From Terriglobia bacterium (GTDB taxonomy: Bacteria > Acidobacteriota > Terriglobia > 20CM-2-55-15): a stretch of DNA of 64,000 nucleotides. Below, in pieces: positions 1 through 9,446 of this stretch. Where the stretch lies: positions 1-64,000 of the forward strand of contig CBDCLE010000001.1 in NCBI GenBank assembly GCA_965218585.1, read 5' to 3'. The position numbers and the translations under genes were made by a program. Below the pieces are notes generated by a model. The model searched no databases and had not been told where the DNA came from. It saw only the letters and a program-made list of their open reading frames with translations. Numbering within the stretch: the first letter of the stretch is position 1; every line of letters starts with the position of its first letter.

Positions 1-569
1 CCATCTACCACCCGTGTCAGGCGTTGGCGGACATGCTCACCATTCGCGAACTCCTGGGATCCCACAAGGGAGGTCGTTTGACTCTGACGTGGGCGCCTCA
101 TCCTCGCCCTCTCCCGACGGCAGTGCCAAACTCGCTTCTTCTCGCGGCGGCGCAGTTGGGGATGGACGTCACTCTTGCACATCCCAAAGGCTTCGACCTC
201 CCCGACTCGATTACGACGAAAGCCGCCGAGCTCTCTCGGGCTGCAGGGGGTCAGGTTCGGACTTCCCATGATCAGAGAGCTGCTTTTGAGGATGCGGAGA
301 TTGTTTACGCCAAGTCCTGGGGTGCGCTCTCACGCTACGACTCTCCGGATGCCGAGCAGGAACTGCGACAATCACACTCGGACTGGACTGTAGACGGTTC
401 TCTGATGAGTCTCACCTCGAACGCCTATTTCATGCATTGCCTGCCCGTCCGGCGAAACGTCGTGGTCACCGATGAGGTGATCGACTCTGCTCAGTCTGTC
501 GTCGTTTCTCAGGCAGAGAACCGACTCCACGCCCAGAAGGCTGTCCTTAAATCAATTTATTCCAGCTAG
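1..569 (+). CDS. argF: N-acetylornithine carbamoyltransferase (ArgF'-type), 5' end outside window
   Basis: Frame from base 3 reads IYHPCQALAD; also WAPHPRPLPTAVPNS, YAKSW and HCLPVRRN. The HCLPVRRN and HP.PLP motifs are typical of the acetylornithine-type transcarbamylase. Confidence 0.85.
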   Translation, partial: IYHPCQALADMLTIRELLGSHKGGRLTLTWAPHPRPLPTAVPNSLLLAAAQLGMDVTLAHPKGFDLPDSITTKAAELSRAAGGQVRTSHDQRAAFEDAEIVYAKSWGALSRYDSPDAEQELRQSHSDWTVDGSLMSLTSNAYFMHCLPVRRNVVVTDEVIDSAQSVVVSQAENRLHAQKAVLKSIYSS

Positions 570-2119
570 GAGCCTGCGCCGTAGGACGATTTTCGACTCG
601 GCGAATTTCGCGATATGGCGATTGATCGGTATCGGTGACCGGGGAATGGGCGTTTTGGACGACGAGGCGCCGATGGGTGCGCCACGGGTGCTTGAATCGA
701 CCCTCGTTCGGCCTGATTTGCGGGCGGTATCCCTGTCATCAGGCTGCCTGAAGCCCCTGCATCCGCTTGACGTTCAATGCCAGACACACCAAGTTCCACT
801 CGCCCTGGACCTTGTTCAGGCCGCGCAGGCTGAATCGGCGGAAGCCGAGCACCTCCTTGATCCACCCGTTGGGCGCCTCCGACAGCCATTTGCGCTGGGC
901 GTACTGCACCCGTCCCGCCTCCATCGACAGCTTCTCGGCCATGCGGGCCTTCGCCGGATGCCTGGCGGCGTCTACCGCGACCGCGCGCCGGCCCTCCCGG
1001 CCCAAGGCCACATAGCCGTCCACGCCGCGCGCCTCCAGCGCCTCCAGGTCGTCCTCGTTGCAGTAGCCCGCATCCGCCAGCACCGTCTCGGGCCGTTCCC
1101 CATGGGTGGCCTCCACCTCGTCCACCAACGGGACCAGCCGACCCTGGTCGCTGGCGTTCGACGACACCTCGGTGGCGACGATCAACTGCTTCTCTCCCTC
1201 CACCGCCACCTGCGCGTTGTAGCACTGCTGAAAACCCTCCGATGAGGTCTTCATGATCCGGCTTTCGGGATCGGTGAAGTTGTCCTGCGCCTTCTCGTCC
1301 GGCTCGCCGTATTCCCGCTTGTAGGGCCGCCCGCTCTTCCGGTTGCGCTTCGAACCGGGCTCGCGTCCCCGCGCCTCGTCGGCCTCCCGTTGCCTGGCCT
1401 CCAATCGCGCCCTGGCCGCCCGGATCGCCGCCAGCCGATCCTCCCGGCGGCGCAACTCCTCGGGTAACTCATCGCCGCGATGCGCCTCCCCGAAACGCGC
1501 GTCCTCCGCCGCATCGGTCTCCCGCGCGCGCGACAGCAACGCTTCGATCTCGCCCTCCAGGCGCCGCTCCTCCTCCTGCATCCGACCGTAACTCATCGCC
1601 TTGCGCTTGCTGGCATTGGCTCGAACCTTCGTCCCGTCGATCGACAACTTGCCGAAGTTCCCAACCCCGGTCTCGCGCGCCAGACCGACCACCTCCACAA
1701 ACAGCGCCTTGAAATCCGACAAATGACGCCGGCGAAACTCGCAAATCGTCCGATGGCTCGGAAAATTCCCCGCCGCCAACACCCGAAATGCCACGTCCTC
1801 CTCCAGCTTCCGCGCCAGCCCTCGGGACGAAAACACCCCCGTCGCGTACCCGTAGATCAGCACCTTCGCCATCATCCGCGGCTCATACGGCGACTTGCGA
1901 CGACCGTCCCCCTCGTAAGGCGCGTAAAACGCCGTCAAGTCCAATCCGTCCACCAGATCGCTCACATGGTGTGCCAAGTGCCCCTCCGGCAACCAATCCC
2001 GTATATCCGGCGCCAGCAGCAACCCCTGCTCCGGCTGGTACGGGCGAAACGTCGTCGGCATCGCATTCTCCTCCTAACTGCGACACTATTATCTCATTCA
2101 CTTCCTACGGCGCAGGCTC
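570..2119 (-). mobile_element. IS1182-family insertion sequence
   Basis: Perfect 17-bp terminal inverted repeats GAGCCTGCGCCGTAGGA (570-586 / 2103-2119); CTAG duplicated at 566-569 and 2120-2123. Confidence 0.92.
739..2061 (-). CDS. IS1182-family DDE transposase
   Basis: 440 aa with GRRKSPYEP..MAKVLIYGY..G..SSR, SIDGTKVRANASK, NFTDPESRIMK, YNAQVAV, LADAGY and GFRRFSLRG. Confidence 0.92.
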   Translation of the reverse strand: MPTTFRPYQPEQGLLLAPDIRDWLPEGHLAHHVSDLVDGLDLTAFYAPYEGDGRRKSPYEPRMMAKVLIYGYATGVFSSRGLARKLEEDVAFRVLAAGNFPSHRTICEFRRRHLSDFKALFVEVVGLARETGVGNFGKLSIDGTKVRANASKRKAMSYGRMQEEERRLEGEIEALLSRARETDAAEDARFGEAHRGDELPEELRRREDRLAAIRAARARLEARQREADEARGREPGSKRNRKSGRPYKREYGEPDEKAQDNFTDPESRIMKTSSEGFQQCYNAQVAVEGEKQLIVATEVSSNASDQGRLVPLVDEVEATHGERPETVLADAGYCNEDDLEALEARGVDGYVALGREGRRAVAVDAARHPAKARMAEKLSMEAGRVQYAQRKWLSEAPNGWIKEVLGFRRFSLRGLNKVQGEWNLVCLALNVKRMQGLQAA

Positions 2120-2136
2120 CTAGGAAAAGGTAGGGG

Positions 2137-2226
2137 AAAAAGTAGGGACAGGTCACTCTTTTTGCCAGCGCACGCTCGGTCGCACACGCATGTAGCCGCA
2201 AAAAGAGTGACCTGTCCCTACTTTTT
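2137..2226. repeat. 90-bp inverted-repeat element, copy 1 (29-bp arms, 32-nt spacer)
   Basis: AAAAAGTAGGGACAGGTCACTCTTTTTGC (2137-2165) and its perfect reverse complement (2198-2226). Confidence 0.92.
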
Positions 2227-2330
2227 TCTAACTCCTACTTTTTGTACTTTTTCTGTCTATCAAGTTTGTTGGTTTATTCAAGTTTGTGGATGGTACTCGC
2301 CTTGCATATCAACAGGGCAGGAGGCGCAAG

Positions 2331-2555
2331 ATGAACCAACAAGCAGCAACCCCATCGAGACCCAGGACGTTCCTTGATGTATCTACAGCGGCCCGTCTGG
2401 CAGGCTTTTCTATCCGCCATTTCCGCAGAATCATTGAAGAAGACGAGATTCCGATCATGCAGATCGGCCGTAAGTTCTTCATTGTTGCCGCGAATTTCGA
2501 GGCGTGGAAGTCGACGCAGGGCCAGAAACGAGTCGGCTCCTGTCTACAAAATTGA
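2331..2555 (+). CDS. Small excisionase-like helix-turn-helix DNA-binding protein
   Basis: FLDVSTAARLAGFSIRHFRRIIEEDEIPIMQIGRKFFI resembles HTH_17; GGAGG ribosome site precedes ATG 2331. Confidence 0.7.
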   Translation: MNQQAATPSRPRTFLDVSTAARLAGFSIRHFRRIIEEDEIPIMQIGRKFFIVAANFEAWKSTQGQKRVGSCLQN

Positions 2556-2677
2556 TAGAACCGAGACCGGATTGTCTACAAAGTTGACAGGTTGGGTCTC
2601 CCGTCTGGAAATCCGACCGACAGGCCCTCAAGCGTTTTGCTGATCGCTGAGTGGCTATCGAGCCGGCCTATCCAGCG

Positions 2678-3479
2678 TCAGACCTCGATCGTGCCTTCCA
2701 GGTAGCAGACTGCGTTACCTCGGATCGAGACGCGGTTGTCGAGCAACTGGCACTCGATTTGCCCGCCTCTTTGCGAGACCTGCCGAGCATCGAGAGTTTG
2801 CCTTCCCAATCGGTTTCCCCAGTATGGTGCCAGAACGCAATGTGCCGAACCGGTCACAGGGTCTTCGTCGAGGCCAAAGCTTGGAGCGAAACATCGCAAT
2901 ACGTAATCTGTATTTTCTCCCGGAGCCGTCGGGAGGACGATCATGCCTCCGAGTTTGGCCAGAAGCGAAAAATCCGGATCAATCCCTCGAACAGAGTCCT
3001 CTTCCTTAAAACACTGCAACGTAATAACCGGAGTTGTCTTCTTCTCCGTAGGAGAGGATTTCGTCCGGGCGTAAGCCGAGACCTTGAACGAGTTTGTCCG
3101 GAGGCGCGTCGGATGGCCCGGGTGCTCGCACTGGGAAGTTCATCGCGAGCAGGCCGTCTTGACGTTCCACGGTCAGCGGACCGCTCCGGGTATTGAATCG
3201 GACAGTCGGGGCCTGATTGTCCAGGTAATTGAACACGACGTACGCCGAGGCGAGCGTTGCGTGGCCGCACAGGTCGACTTCCGTGGTCGGCGTGAACCAT
3301 CGCAGGTCATAGCCGTCAGGGGTAGGCACGAAGAATGCCGTTTCCGAGAGATTGTTCTCGAGGGCAATCGCCTGCATCTGTCTGGTGTCCAGCCATGCCT
3401 CGAGCGGGCAGACCGCTGCGGGATTTCCAGAAAAGACGTCCGTTGTGAAGGCGTCGATCTGGAACAGGCGCAATTTCAT
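2678..3479 (-). pseudogene. PhzF-family isomerase split by a +1 frameshift (possibly a sequencing error)
   Basis: N-terminal part has QIDAF..GNPAAVC, NLSETAF and EVDLCGHATL; C-terminal part has EDPVTGSAHC and SQRGG. One extra T in a TTTT run near 3008 breaks the frame. Confidence 0.85.
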
Positions 3480-3531
3480 GATTTATCTTCTATGTTCTCG
3501 ATCGGTTTAATAAGATCCCGAGGAATCGAAC

Positions 3532-4890
3532 TTACTTCGGACGGAGCACATCCGTTCCCATCGTTGATTGCAGTACAGCGGGCACCTTTACTGAACCGTC
3601 ATCCTGTTGATAGTTGTCGAGAATGGCGATCAGCATCCGGCCCATAGCACACCCCGTGTCGTTTACGGTGTGGCAGTAACGGAGGTTGCCGTCTACCCGG
3701 CGATAGCGGATGTTGAGCCTCCGGGACTGATAGTCGGATGTGTTCGTATCGGTCATAACCTCCATGAACTCGCGAGACCCCGACATCCAGACTTCCACGT
3801 CCCTTTGCCGGCAACTGGCGAGGTATCCTGCGTCGCCGGTGCATTTATCGACGACGCGATACGGCAACTCCAGTTGTTGCATCAGCCACTGGTTCACCTG
3901 TCCCAGTTCCTCGTAGATTTCCCTCGATTGCTCCGGCGTGCAGACCGAGTTCATTTCGATCTTGTCGAACTGGTGGACGCGCTTGATCCCCTTGACGTCC
4001 TTTCCCCATGATCCAGCCTCGGAGCGGAAACAGGGCGTCGATGCGAATACTTTTACAGGCAGCGAGTCTTCTTCCAATGTCCGGTCCATGAAGTAGCTGA
4101 AGTTCGTCGGTTCCGAGGAGCCCACCAGAAACAGCGGAAAAGGTTCTTCAACATTGTCCGTTTTGATTTCGTAAACCTGGTCCCGGCCTTCGGGGAAATG
4201 AGAGGTGCCGTATAAAGAACGTTCCCGTACCAGAAGTGGCGGGACGATCGGTTGATAACTCTTACGCAAGAGTTCATCGGTCAAAAGTCGATCGATGGCC
4301 ATCTGGAGAATCGCGATATCTCCCAGAATATAGGCGAAACGGGAGCCGGATACCTTTCCACCCTGGAGGGTGTCTACGCCCCCAAGTCTTTTGCCCAACT
4401 CGGTGTAGTGGAGTGGTTCGAATTCTTTTCCGTCAGCATGGACAGGCTTCTGAGGCATGAACTGGGCGGAGTGATCTGCTGTTCCCAGCTGGTCCGGTTC
4501 CAGGTAGCCCTGTCGGGGAACCCACGCGCATTCCTCGACATTGTCCTCTTCGCCGGTACCCTCAGGCATTTCAGGATCGATCCAGTTGGGAAACCATTCC
4601 ATGCACTCCTGCCAACGGGAGGTGATCTCTGTGAACTGAGCGTCAAGGTCCTTCGATTTTTCGCGTAGCTCCTGACCCTTGGCTCGTGCTCGGTCTGGAT
4701 CGGATTTGCCCAGGGCTGCGATCTTCTTTTTTTCTGAATTCAGACCGTCGATTTCCGTCTGGAGCGCCCGGCGCTTCTTGTCCAGTTCCAGCCAACGATC
4801 GACGTCGGCCCTCGCCGGGTCGACCTTTCGCAGCCGTATGATTTCTTTCAGTCGGTCGGGATTTGAGCGGGCTTGTTTAGGATCTATCAT
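3532..4890 (-). CDS. serS: Serine--tRNA ligase (divergent)
   Basis: N-terminal coiled coil, SGSRF, motif 2 CFRSEAGS..HQFDKIEM, DYQSRRLNIRY, and motif 3 region GRMLIAILDNYQ. Confidence 0.9.
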   Translation of the reverse strand: MIDPKQARSNPDRLKEIIRLRKVDPARADVDRWLELDKKRRALQTEIDGLNSEKKKIAALGKSDPDRARAKGQELREKSKDLDAQFTEITSRWQECMEWFPNWIDPEMPEGTGEEDNVEECAWVPRQGYLEPDQLGTADHSAQFMPQKPVHADGKEFEPLHYTELGKRLGGVDTLQGGKVSGSRFAYILGDIAILQMAIDRLLTDELLRKSYQPIVPPLLVRERSLYGTSHFPEGRDQVYEIKTDNVEEPFPLFLVGSSEPTNFSYFMDRTLEEDSLPVKVFASTPCFRSEAGSWGKDVKGIKRVHQFDKIEMNSVCTPEQSREIYEELGQVNQWLMQQLELPYRVVDKCTGDAGYLASCRQRDVEVWMSGSREFMEVMTDTNTSDYQSRRLNIRYRRVDGNLRYCHTVNDTGCAMGRMLIAILDNYQQDDGSVKVPAVLQSTMGTDVLRPK

Positions 4891-4894
4891 GCGA

Positions 4895-6808
4895 TCAGAC
4901 GCTTTCGACCATCAGTTTTGTCAGGGCCTGGCTGAATTTCTTCGTGTCAGTGAGTTCGGACCCCTCAGCAATGAGTGCAGAGCCCAGCAGCAGCTCTGCG
5001 TAGTCGTCAATTGCCGGGTCGTCCTTGTTTGTCTGAACCCTTTCCAGCAGTTTCTGGACGATATTGTGATCGGGGTTCAGCTCCATGATCCGTTTCTGCT
5101 TCTCCGTGCGTTCCTGTTGCATCCGCAGGATTTTTTCCAACTGGGGACTCATGTCGTCGTCTGCAACCACCAGGCAGGCGGGTGAGTCGGTCAACCGGTT
5201 CGTCAAGCGGACTTCCTTAACGTGATCGTCGAGTTTTTGTTTGAGAATACTCATCAGATCTACATATTCGACCTGCCTCGCATTGAGATCCTTTCGCGCC
5301 TGGTTCTGCTCTTCTTCCGTGCCGAGCACAACCGTCCCTTTTCCTATTGATTTGAGCTTCTTTTCTTCGTACTCGGTTAGCGCCTGAACCATCAGTTCGT
5401 CAACGGGGTCGCTCAGGAACAGGACTTCCACGTTCCGTGCCTTGAAGGCTTCCAGGTGCGGCGAATTCGCGATTGTCTCACGGGAGTCGCCGGTCAGGTA
5501 GAAGATCTCCTGCTGGTCAGACTGCATCCGCATGACGTATTCCTTGAGGGTCGTTTTCTCTGCTGAGTCACGCGAAGAGTCAAAGAGAATCAACGGCGTG
5601 ATCTTGTCCTTGTTCTCAAAGTCGAAGCTGACCCCTTCCTTGAGAACCCGTCCGAAATGTTCCCAGAACTTTTTGTAGGCATCCTTTTCGTTGCCCGACA
5701 TCTGGGCCAGTGCATCAATTATCTTTCGCGTGAGCCATTTCCGGATCTGTGCAATGTGCCGGTCTTCCTGCAGCCGCTGACGCGAAATGTTCAGAGGAAG
5801 GTCTGAGGAATCAACCATTCCTTTTACAAACCGGAGGTAGCGGGGCAGGAGATCCTCGCAGTTCTCCATGATCAACACTTTTCGAACGTATAGTTGCAAT
5901 CCGAACTTTCCCGTGTCGAAAAAGATGTCCATCGGAGCCTCGGACGGGAAGTAGAGCAGCGCCTGGTATTCAATTCGGCCTTCAGCTTTGAAAGAGAGGT
6001 GTTTCAGCGGGTCGTTCCAGTCGTGGCTGATATGTTTGTAGAACTCCTTGTACTCGTCCTCGGTGACCTCGGATGCCGGTTTTGCCCAGATCGGTTTCAT
6101 GGAATTGATCGGGGCGGCGTCGGCGGCATCTTGCTTCTTCTTTTCGGCTTCCTTTCCCGTGGGTCTGTACTGAATGGGATAGGTGACGAAGTCTGAGTAC
6201 TGCTTCACGATTCGCTTGATAATCCAGTCCTGGGCGAAGTCTTCGACCTCGCTGTCGGCCTCAATCGGTTTCAGGTGGAGCGTGATGGTCGTGCCGCGCC
6301 GGAACTTTTCTGATTTGGAAACACTGAATTGGCCGTCACCGGAAGACTCCCACAAAGTCGCCTTGTCTTCTCCGGCCCGACGTGTCAGAAGGGACACCTT
6401 GTCTGCCACCATGAATGCGGAATAGAAACCGACACCAAACTGCCCGATCAGTTTCTCCGTGAGTTCACCAGCTTCTCCCTTGAGGCTTTCCAATAGTTCC
6501 CGTGTGCCTGACTTCGCTATAGTTCCTATGTTCCGAATCACCTCATCGCGGCTCATTCCGATGCCACTGTCATGGACGGTGAGCGTTCGGGCTTCCTTGT
6601 CCGATTCGATTATGATTTCGAATATCTCGTCCTTGCCGAGCACGTTCGGACTTGTCAGGGATTCCACCCTCAACCGGTCCAGTGCATCCGAGGCATTGGA
6701 GATGAGTTCTCTTAGAAAGATTTCCTTGTTGGTATAAAGGGAGTGGATCATCAGGTCGAGTACTTGTTTCGCCTCGGCCTGAAACTGCATTGTTTCTGCG
6801 GTGCTCAT
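4895..6808 (-). CDS. htpG: Chaperone HtpG (Hsp90)
   Basis: FQAE..HSLYTNKEIFLRELISNASDALD, IGQFGVGFYSAF and DSSDLPLNISR; 637 aa. Confidence 0.97.
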   Translation of the reverse strand: MSTAETMQFQAEAKQVLDLMIHSLYTNKEIFLRELISNASDALDRLRVESLTSPNVLGKDEIFEIIIESDKEARTLTVHDSGIGMSRDEVIRNIGTIAKSGTRELLESLKGEAGELTEKLIGQFGVGFYSAFMVADKVSLLTRRAGEDKATLWESSGDGQFSVSKSEKFRRGTTITLHLKPIEADSEVEDFAQDWIIKRIVKQYSDFVTYPIQYRPTGKEAEKKKQDAADAAPINSMKPIWAKPASEVTEDEYKEFYKHISHDWNDPLKHLSFKAEGRIEYQALLYFPSEAPMDIFFDTGKFGLQLYVRKVLIMENCEDLLPRYLRFVKGMVDSSDLPLNISRQRLQEDRHIAQIRKWLTRKIIDALAQMSGNEKDAYKKFWEHFGRVLKEGVSFDFENKDKITPLILFDSSRDSAEKTTLKEYVMRMQSDQQEIFYLTGDSRETIANSPHLEAFKARNVEVLFLSDPVDELMVQALTEYEEKKLKSIGKGTVVLGTEEEQNQARKDLNARQVEYVDLMSILKQKLDDHVKEVRLTNRLTDSPACLVVADDDMSPQLEKILRMQQERTEKQKRIMELNPDHNIVQKLLERVQTNKDDPAIDDYAELLLGSALIAEGSELTDTKKFSQALTKLMVESV

Positions 6809-6858
6809 ACGTCTCTCTCCTCCGAAAAGTAACCCCCTATTCTAATGCTTGCGGTGCG

Positions 6859-6948
6859 AAAAAGTGGGGACAGGTCACTCCTTTTGCATTCTGATTCGTG
6901 AGCCAATGATATCTGGCCGGCAGAAAGAGTGACCTGTCCCCACTTTTT
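6859..6948. repeat. 90-bp inverted-repeat element, copy 2
   Basis: Arms 6859-6887 (AAAAAGTGGGGACAGGTCACTCCTTTTGC) and 6920-6948 (GCAGAAAGAGTGACCTGTCCCCACTTTTT); 32-nt spacer. Confidence 0.92.
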
Positions 6949-7084
6949 ACGCGTTTCTATGGAAGGGGCTGTCAAGAGAAACACGTCCCCGCCGAGCGGA
7001 CCACCGTACCCAACACTGTCGTGGCAGCCAGCCCCTGTCTCCGTTGAGACGAACTGTTGATCCGGCATCGCAGAGAAGTCGATC

Positions 7085-7275
7085 ACTCATCACAACGTGG
7101 TGTGGTTTCGAGAAACTGAAAAGCGCAAAGGGGTCGTGATTGCCGACCACGGTTCTATCTGAGCCTCGAGGGCTATCGCTTTTCCAGGTCGTGCGAGGGG
7201 GATAGAGTATTACATGGGCCTTCAGCAAGCGCTGTGTGCCAACCGCGTATCGGATCCTCACCCTCGACCCTACCG
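7085..7275 (-). ncRNA. Candidate bridge/seek RNA of the IS110 element
   Basis: Two stem-loops downstream of the transposase contain short segments matching the target and donor flanks; boundaries approximate. Confidence 0.5.
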
Positions 7276-7340
7276 TTCCGACGCCTCACCGACGACGAGC
7301 GGTCGAATGCCTCGCGCTGTCGGCAGAAGTCTGGAAACGG

Positions 7341-8402
7341 CTATGTCGCCAAGTTCAGTTTCTTTGCGTTAAACGTGTCTCCTTTCTTCCACATCTTCAG
7401 TGCGGTCGCTGCAATCTTCCTCGCCAGTGTCAGCCGAGCCATCTCCTTACGCTTGCCGTCTTTCTGGAGCCCCTCCAGGTAGCTTTTCCAAGGTTCGGCC
7501 CCCATGCCTCCGGTCGCCGCCCCGATGAACACATCTTTCAAACGTCGGTTGCCGTTGCGGTTCAGTCCCCGCGTGGCGATCGGCTTTCGACGACGTACCA
7601 CACGACTCCCTTCCTGCTCATACTCCGCACTCATGTGCATTGCCACGGCCAGACCGCTGTAGTTCCAGAGCTGGCGTTTGGTTCGAAATCGATGCGGGGT
7701 GTCCCCCGTCGCTACAATCAAGGCGCAACGTATCGGTCCCAACTGGGGAATCGTCTGCAATATCCCCACCGCACGATGCTTGCGGCTCTCGGTTAACATC
7801 GCCAGCTTCGCTTTTTTTCTTAACCCTCTCAGATGATCCAGCTCCTCATACAACCATCCGGTACGCCGCCGTGCACCGGTATTGGCGAGCTGTTCGATCC
7901 AGTGTTCCCGCTGCGATGGGAGGTAGACGCCGTGGCCCGGCGTCCGGATCCCACGTCCTCGATACATTGCCTTGATCCGAACCATCGTCCGCTGCGTATC
8001 CAGGGTCAAGGTCTCATATCCGCGGACCAGTTCTTTCAACGTCCGCGTCGCATCGTGCCCGTGGTAGACCGACCGCAGCCATCCGGCCCGGAGCAGCTCG
8101 GCCAGTTTCAGGGCATCCACCCGGTCGGTCTTGGACCCGTCACTGAGCAGTTTGTTCCGTCTGGGATCACACACGATCACTTCGCTCACATATCCCCGGA
8201 CCACGTTGTAGAGCCATTCGGCCTGCGTGGTTTCTTCAAACGTCACGTGCAGCTCACCACTCAGACTCTCCAGCAAATCAATGATTGGCCCGGCCTGGGT
8301 CTCTACGATCTTTTCCCAGACCAGTTTGCCGTCTGCGTTTAAGACCATCACCACCGTCGTTGCCTGGTGCACATCCATGCCGATATACTTGGCCTGTTTC
8401 AT
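7341..8402 (-). CDS. IS110-family DEDD transposase/recombinase
   Basis: YIGMDVH, VTFEE, KTDRVDALKLA, IPQLG, RF..KRQLWNYSGL and ARKIA; 353 aa. Confidence 0.92.
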   Translation of the reverse strand: MKQAKYIGMDVHQATTVVMVLNADGKLVWEKIVETQAGPIIDLLESLSGELHVTFEETTQAEWLYNVVRGYVSEVIVCDPRRNKLLSDGSKTDRVDALKLAELLRAGWLRSVYHGHDATRTLKELVRGYETLTLDTQRTMVRIKAMYRGRGIRTPGHGVYLPSQREHWIEQLANTGARRRTGWLYEELDHLRGLRKKAKLAMLTESRKHRAVGILQTIPQLGPIRCALIVATGDTPHRFRTKRQLWNYSGLAVAMHMSAEYEQEGSRVVRRRKPIATRGLNRNGNRRLKDVFIGAATGGMGAEPWKSYLEGLQKDGKRKEMARLTLARKIAATALKMWKKGDTFNAKKLNLAT

Positions 8403-8525
8403 TTACGTGCTCCTTTGTCTTTGAATTCAACGCAGCTACGTTGAATGGGTTGTTGTCGGGAGATTTTCCTCCTGGCAACAGCCGACAAAGGGGCGTCCTT
8501 CCTTATAGCGTTATACTTTTCGCCG

Positions 8526-9446
8526 ATGGCCGCCTTTCTCCTCAGACGACTTCTCCTCACGATTCCTGTTGTCTGGATCGTTGTCACTCTCGTTTTTGCC
8601 CTCGTGCACCTTGTTCCGGGAGATCCAGTGGCTCAGATGTTGGGAGAAGGTGCCGCCGTTACCGAGGTCGAGCGGTTACGTCAGGAATTGGGTCTGGACC
8701 GTCCGATTCCGGAGCAATACATCTCCTATATGTCAGGATTAGTCCGGGGCGACCTGGGTGTTTCGTTCAGGAATCAGGAGACAGTCGTAGAATCCGTTGC
8801 CCGGCGGTATCCGGCGACGATCCAATTGGCAGTGACCGCGATTCTTTTTTCGTTCCTTATCGCGGCGCCTCTCGGTGTACTCGCCGCTATCCGGCGTGGG
8901 GGCATCGCAGACCGGTCGATCAGCGTTTTCACGCTTCTGGGTCTGTCGTTGCCTAACTTCGTCCTGGGCCCGTTGGTGATCCTTTTGTTTTCCATAGAAC
9001 TGGGATGGCTGCCTGTGTCGGGGAGAGAGAGCCTCGTGCACTTGATACTGCCCGCCTTCACAATGGGTGGGGTCATGGCAGCCATTACAACCCGGATGGT
9101 GCGGGCATCGATGCTGGAGGAAATTGAACAGGACTATGTGCGGACTGCCAGGGCGAAGGGCCTTTCGGAAACACGGGTGATGTTTCGGCACGCGCTACAG
9201 AACGGCCTCATTCCGGTCTTGACCGTCATGGGACTTCAGCTGGGCAACCTGCTTGCGGGAGCGATCATCATTGAGACCATATTTTCCTGGCCCGGCCTGG
9301 GTCAGCTGTTGTTCCAGGCGATCAGCGCGCGCGACTACCCATTGGTTCAGGGTTGTATTCTTACCATCGCCCTCAGCTATATCTTCGTCAATCGTATGAC
9401 CGACGTCGTTTACTCGCTCGTCGATCCCCGAATCCGCTATGACTAA
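8526..9446 (+). CDS. Peptide/nickel ABC transporter permease (DppB-like)
   Basis: PGDP, GDLGVS, EAA loop DYVRTARAKGL, RHALQN and RDYPLVQG. Confidence 0.92.
   Translation: MAAFLLRRLLLTIPVVWIVVTLVFALVHLVPGDPVAQMLGEGAAVTEVERLRQELGLDRPIPEQYISYMSGLVRGDLGVSFRNQETVVESVARRYPATIQLAVTAILFSFLIAAPLGVLAAIRRGGIADRSISVFTLLGLSLPNFVLGPLVILLFSIELGWLPVSGRESLVHLILPAFTMGGVMAAITTRMVRASMLEEIEQDYVRTARAKGLSETRVMFRHALQNGLIPVLTVMGLQLGNLLAGAIIIETIFSWPGLGQLLFQAISARDYPLVQGCILTIALSYIFVNRMTDVVYSLVDPRIRYD

Larger units (their letters stand above)
6956..8512 (-). mobile_element. IS110-family (IS1111-like) element
   Basis: Transposase plus a ~385-nt downstream non-coding region. GCGTT core at both junctions (6951-6955, 8508-8512). 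Imperfect sub-terminal inverted repeats ATGGAAGGGGC / AAGGAAGGACGC. Confidence 0.8.
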
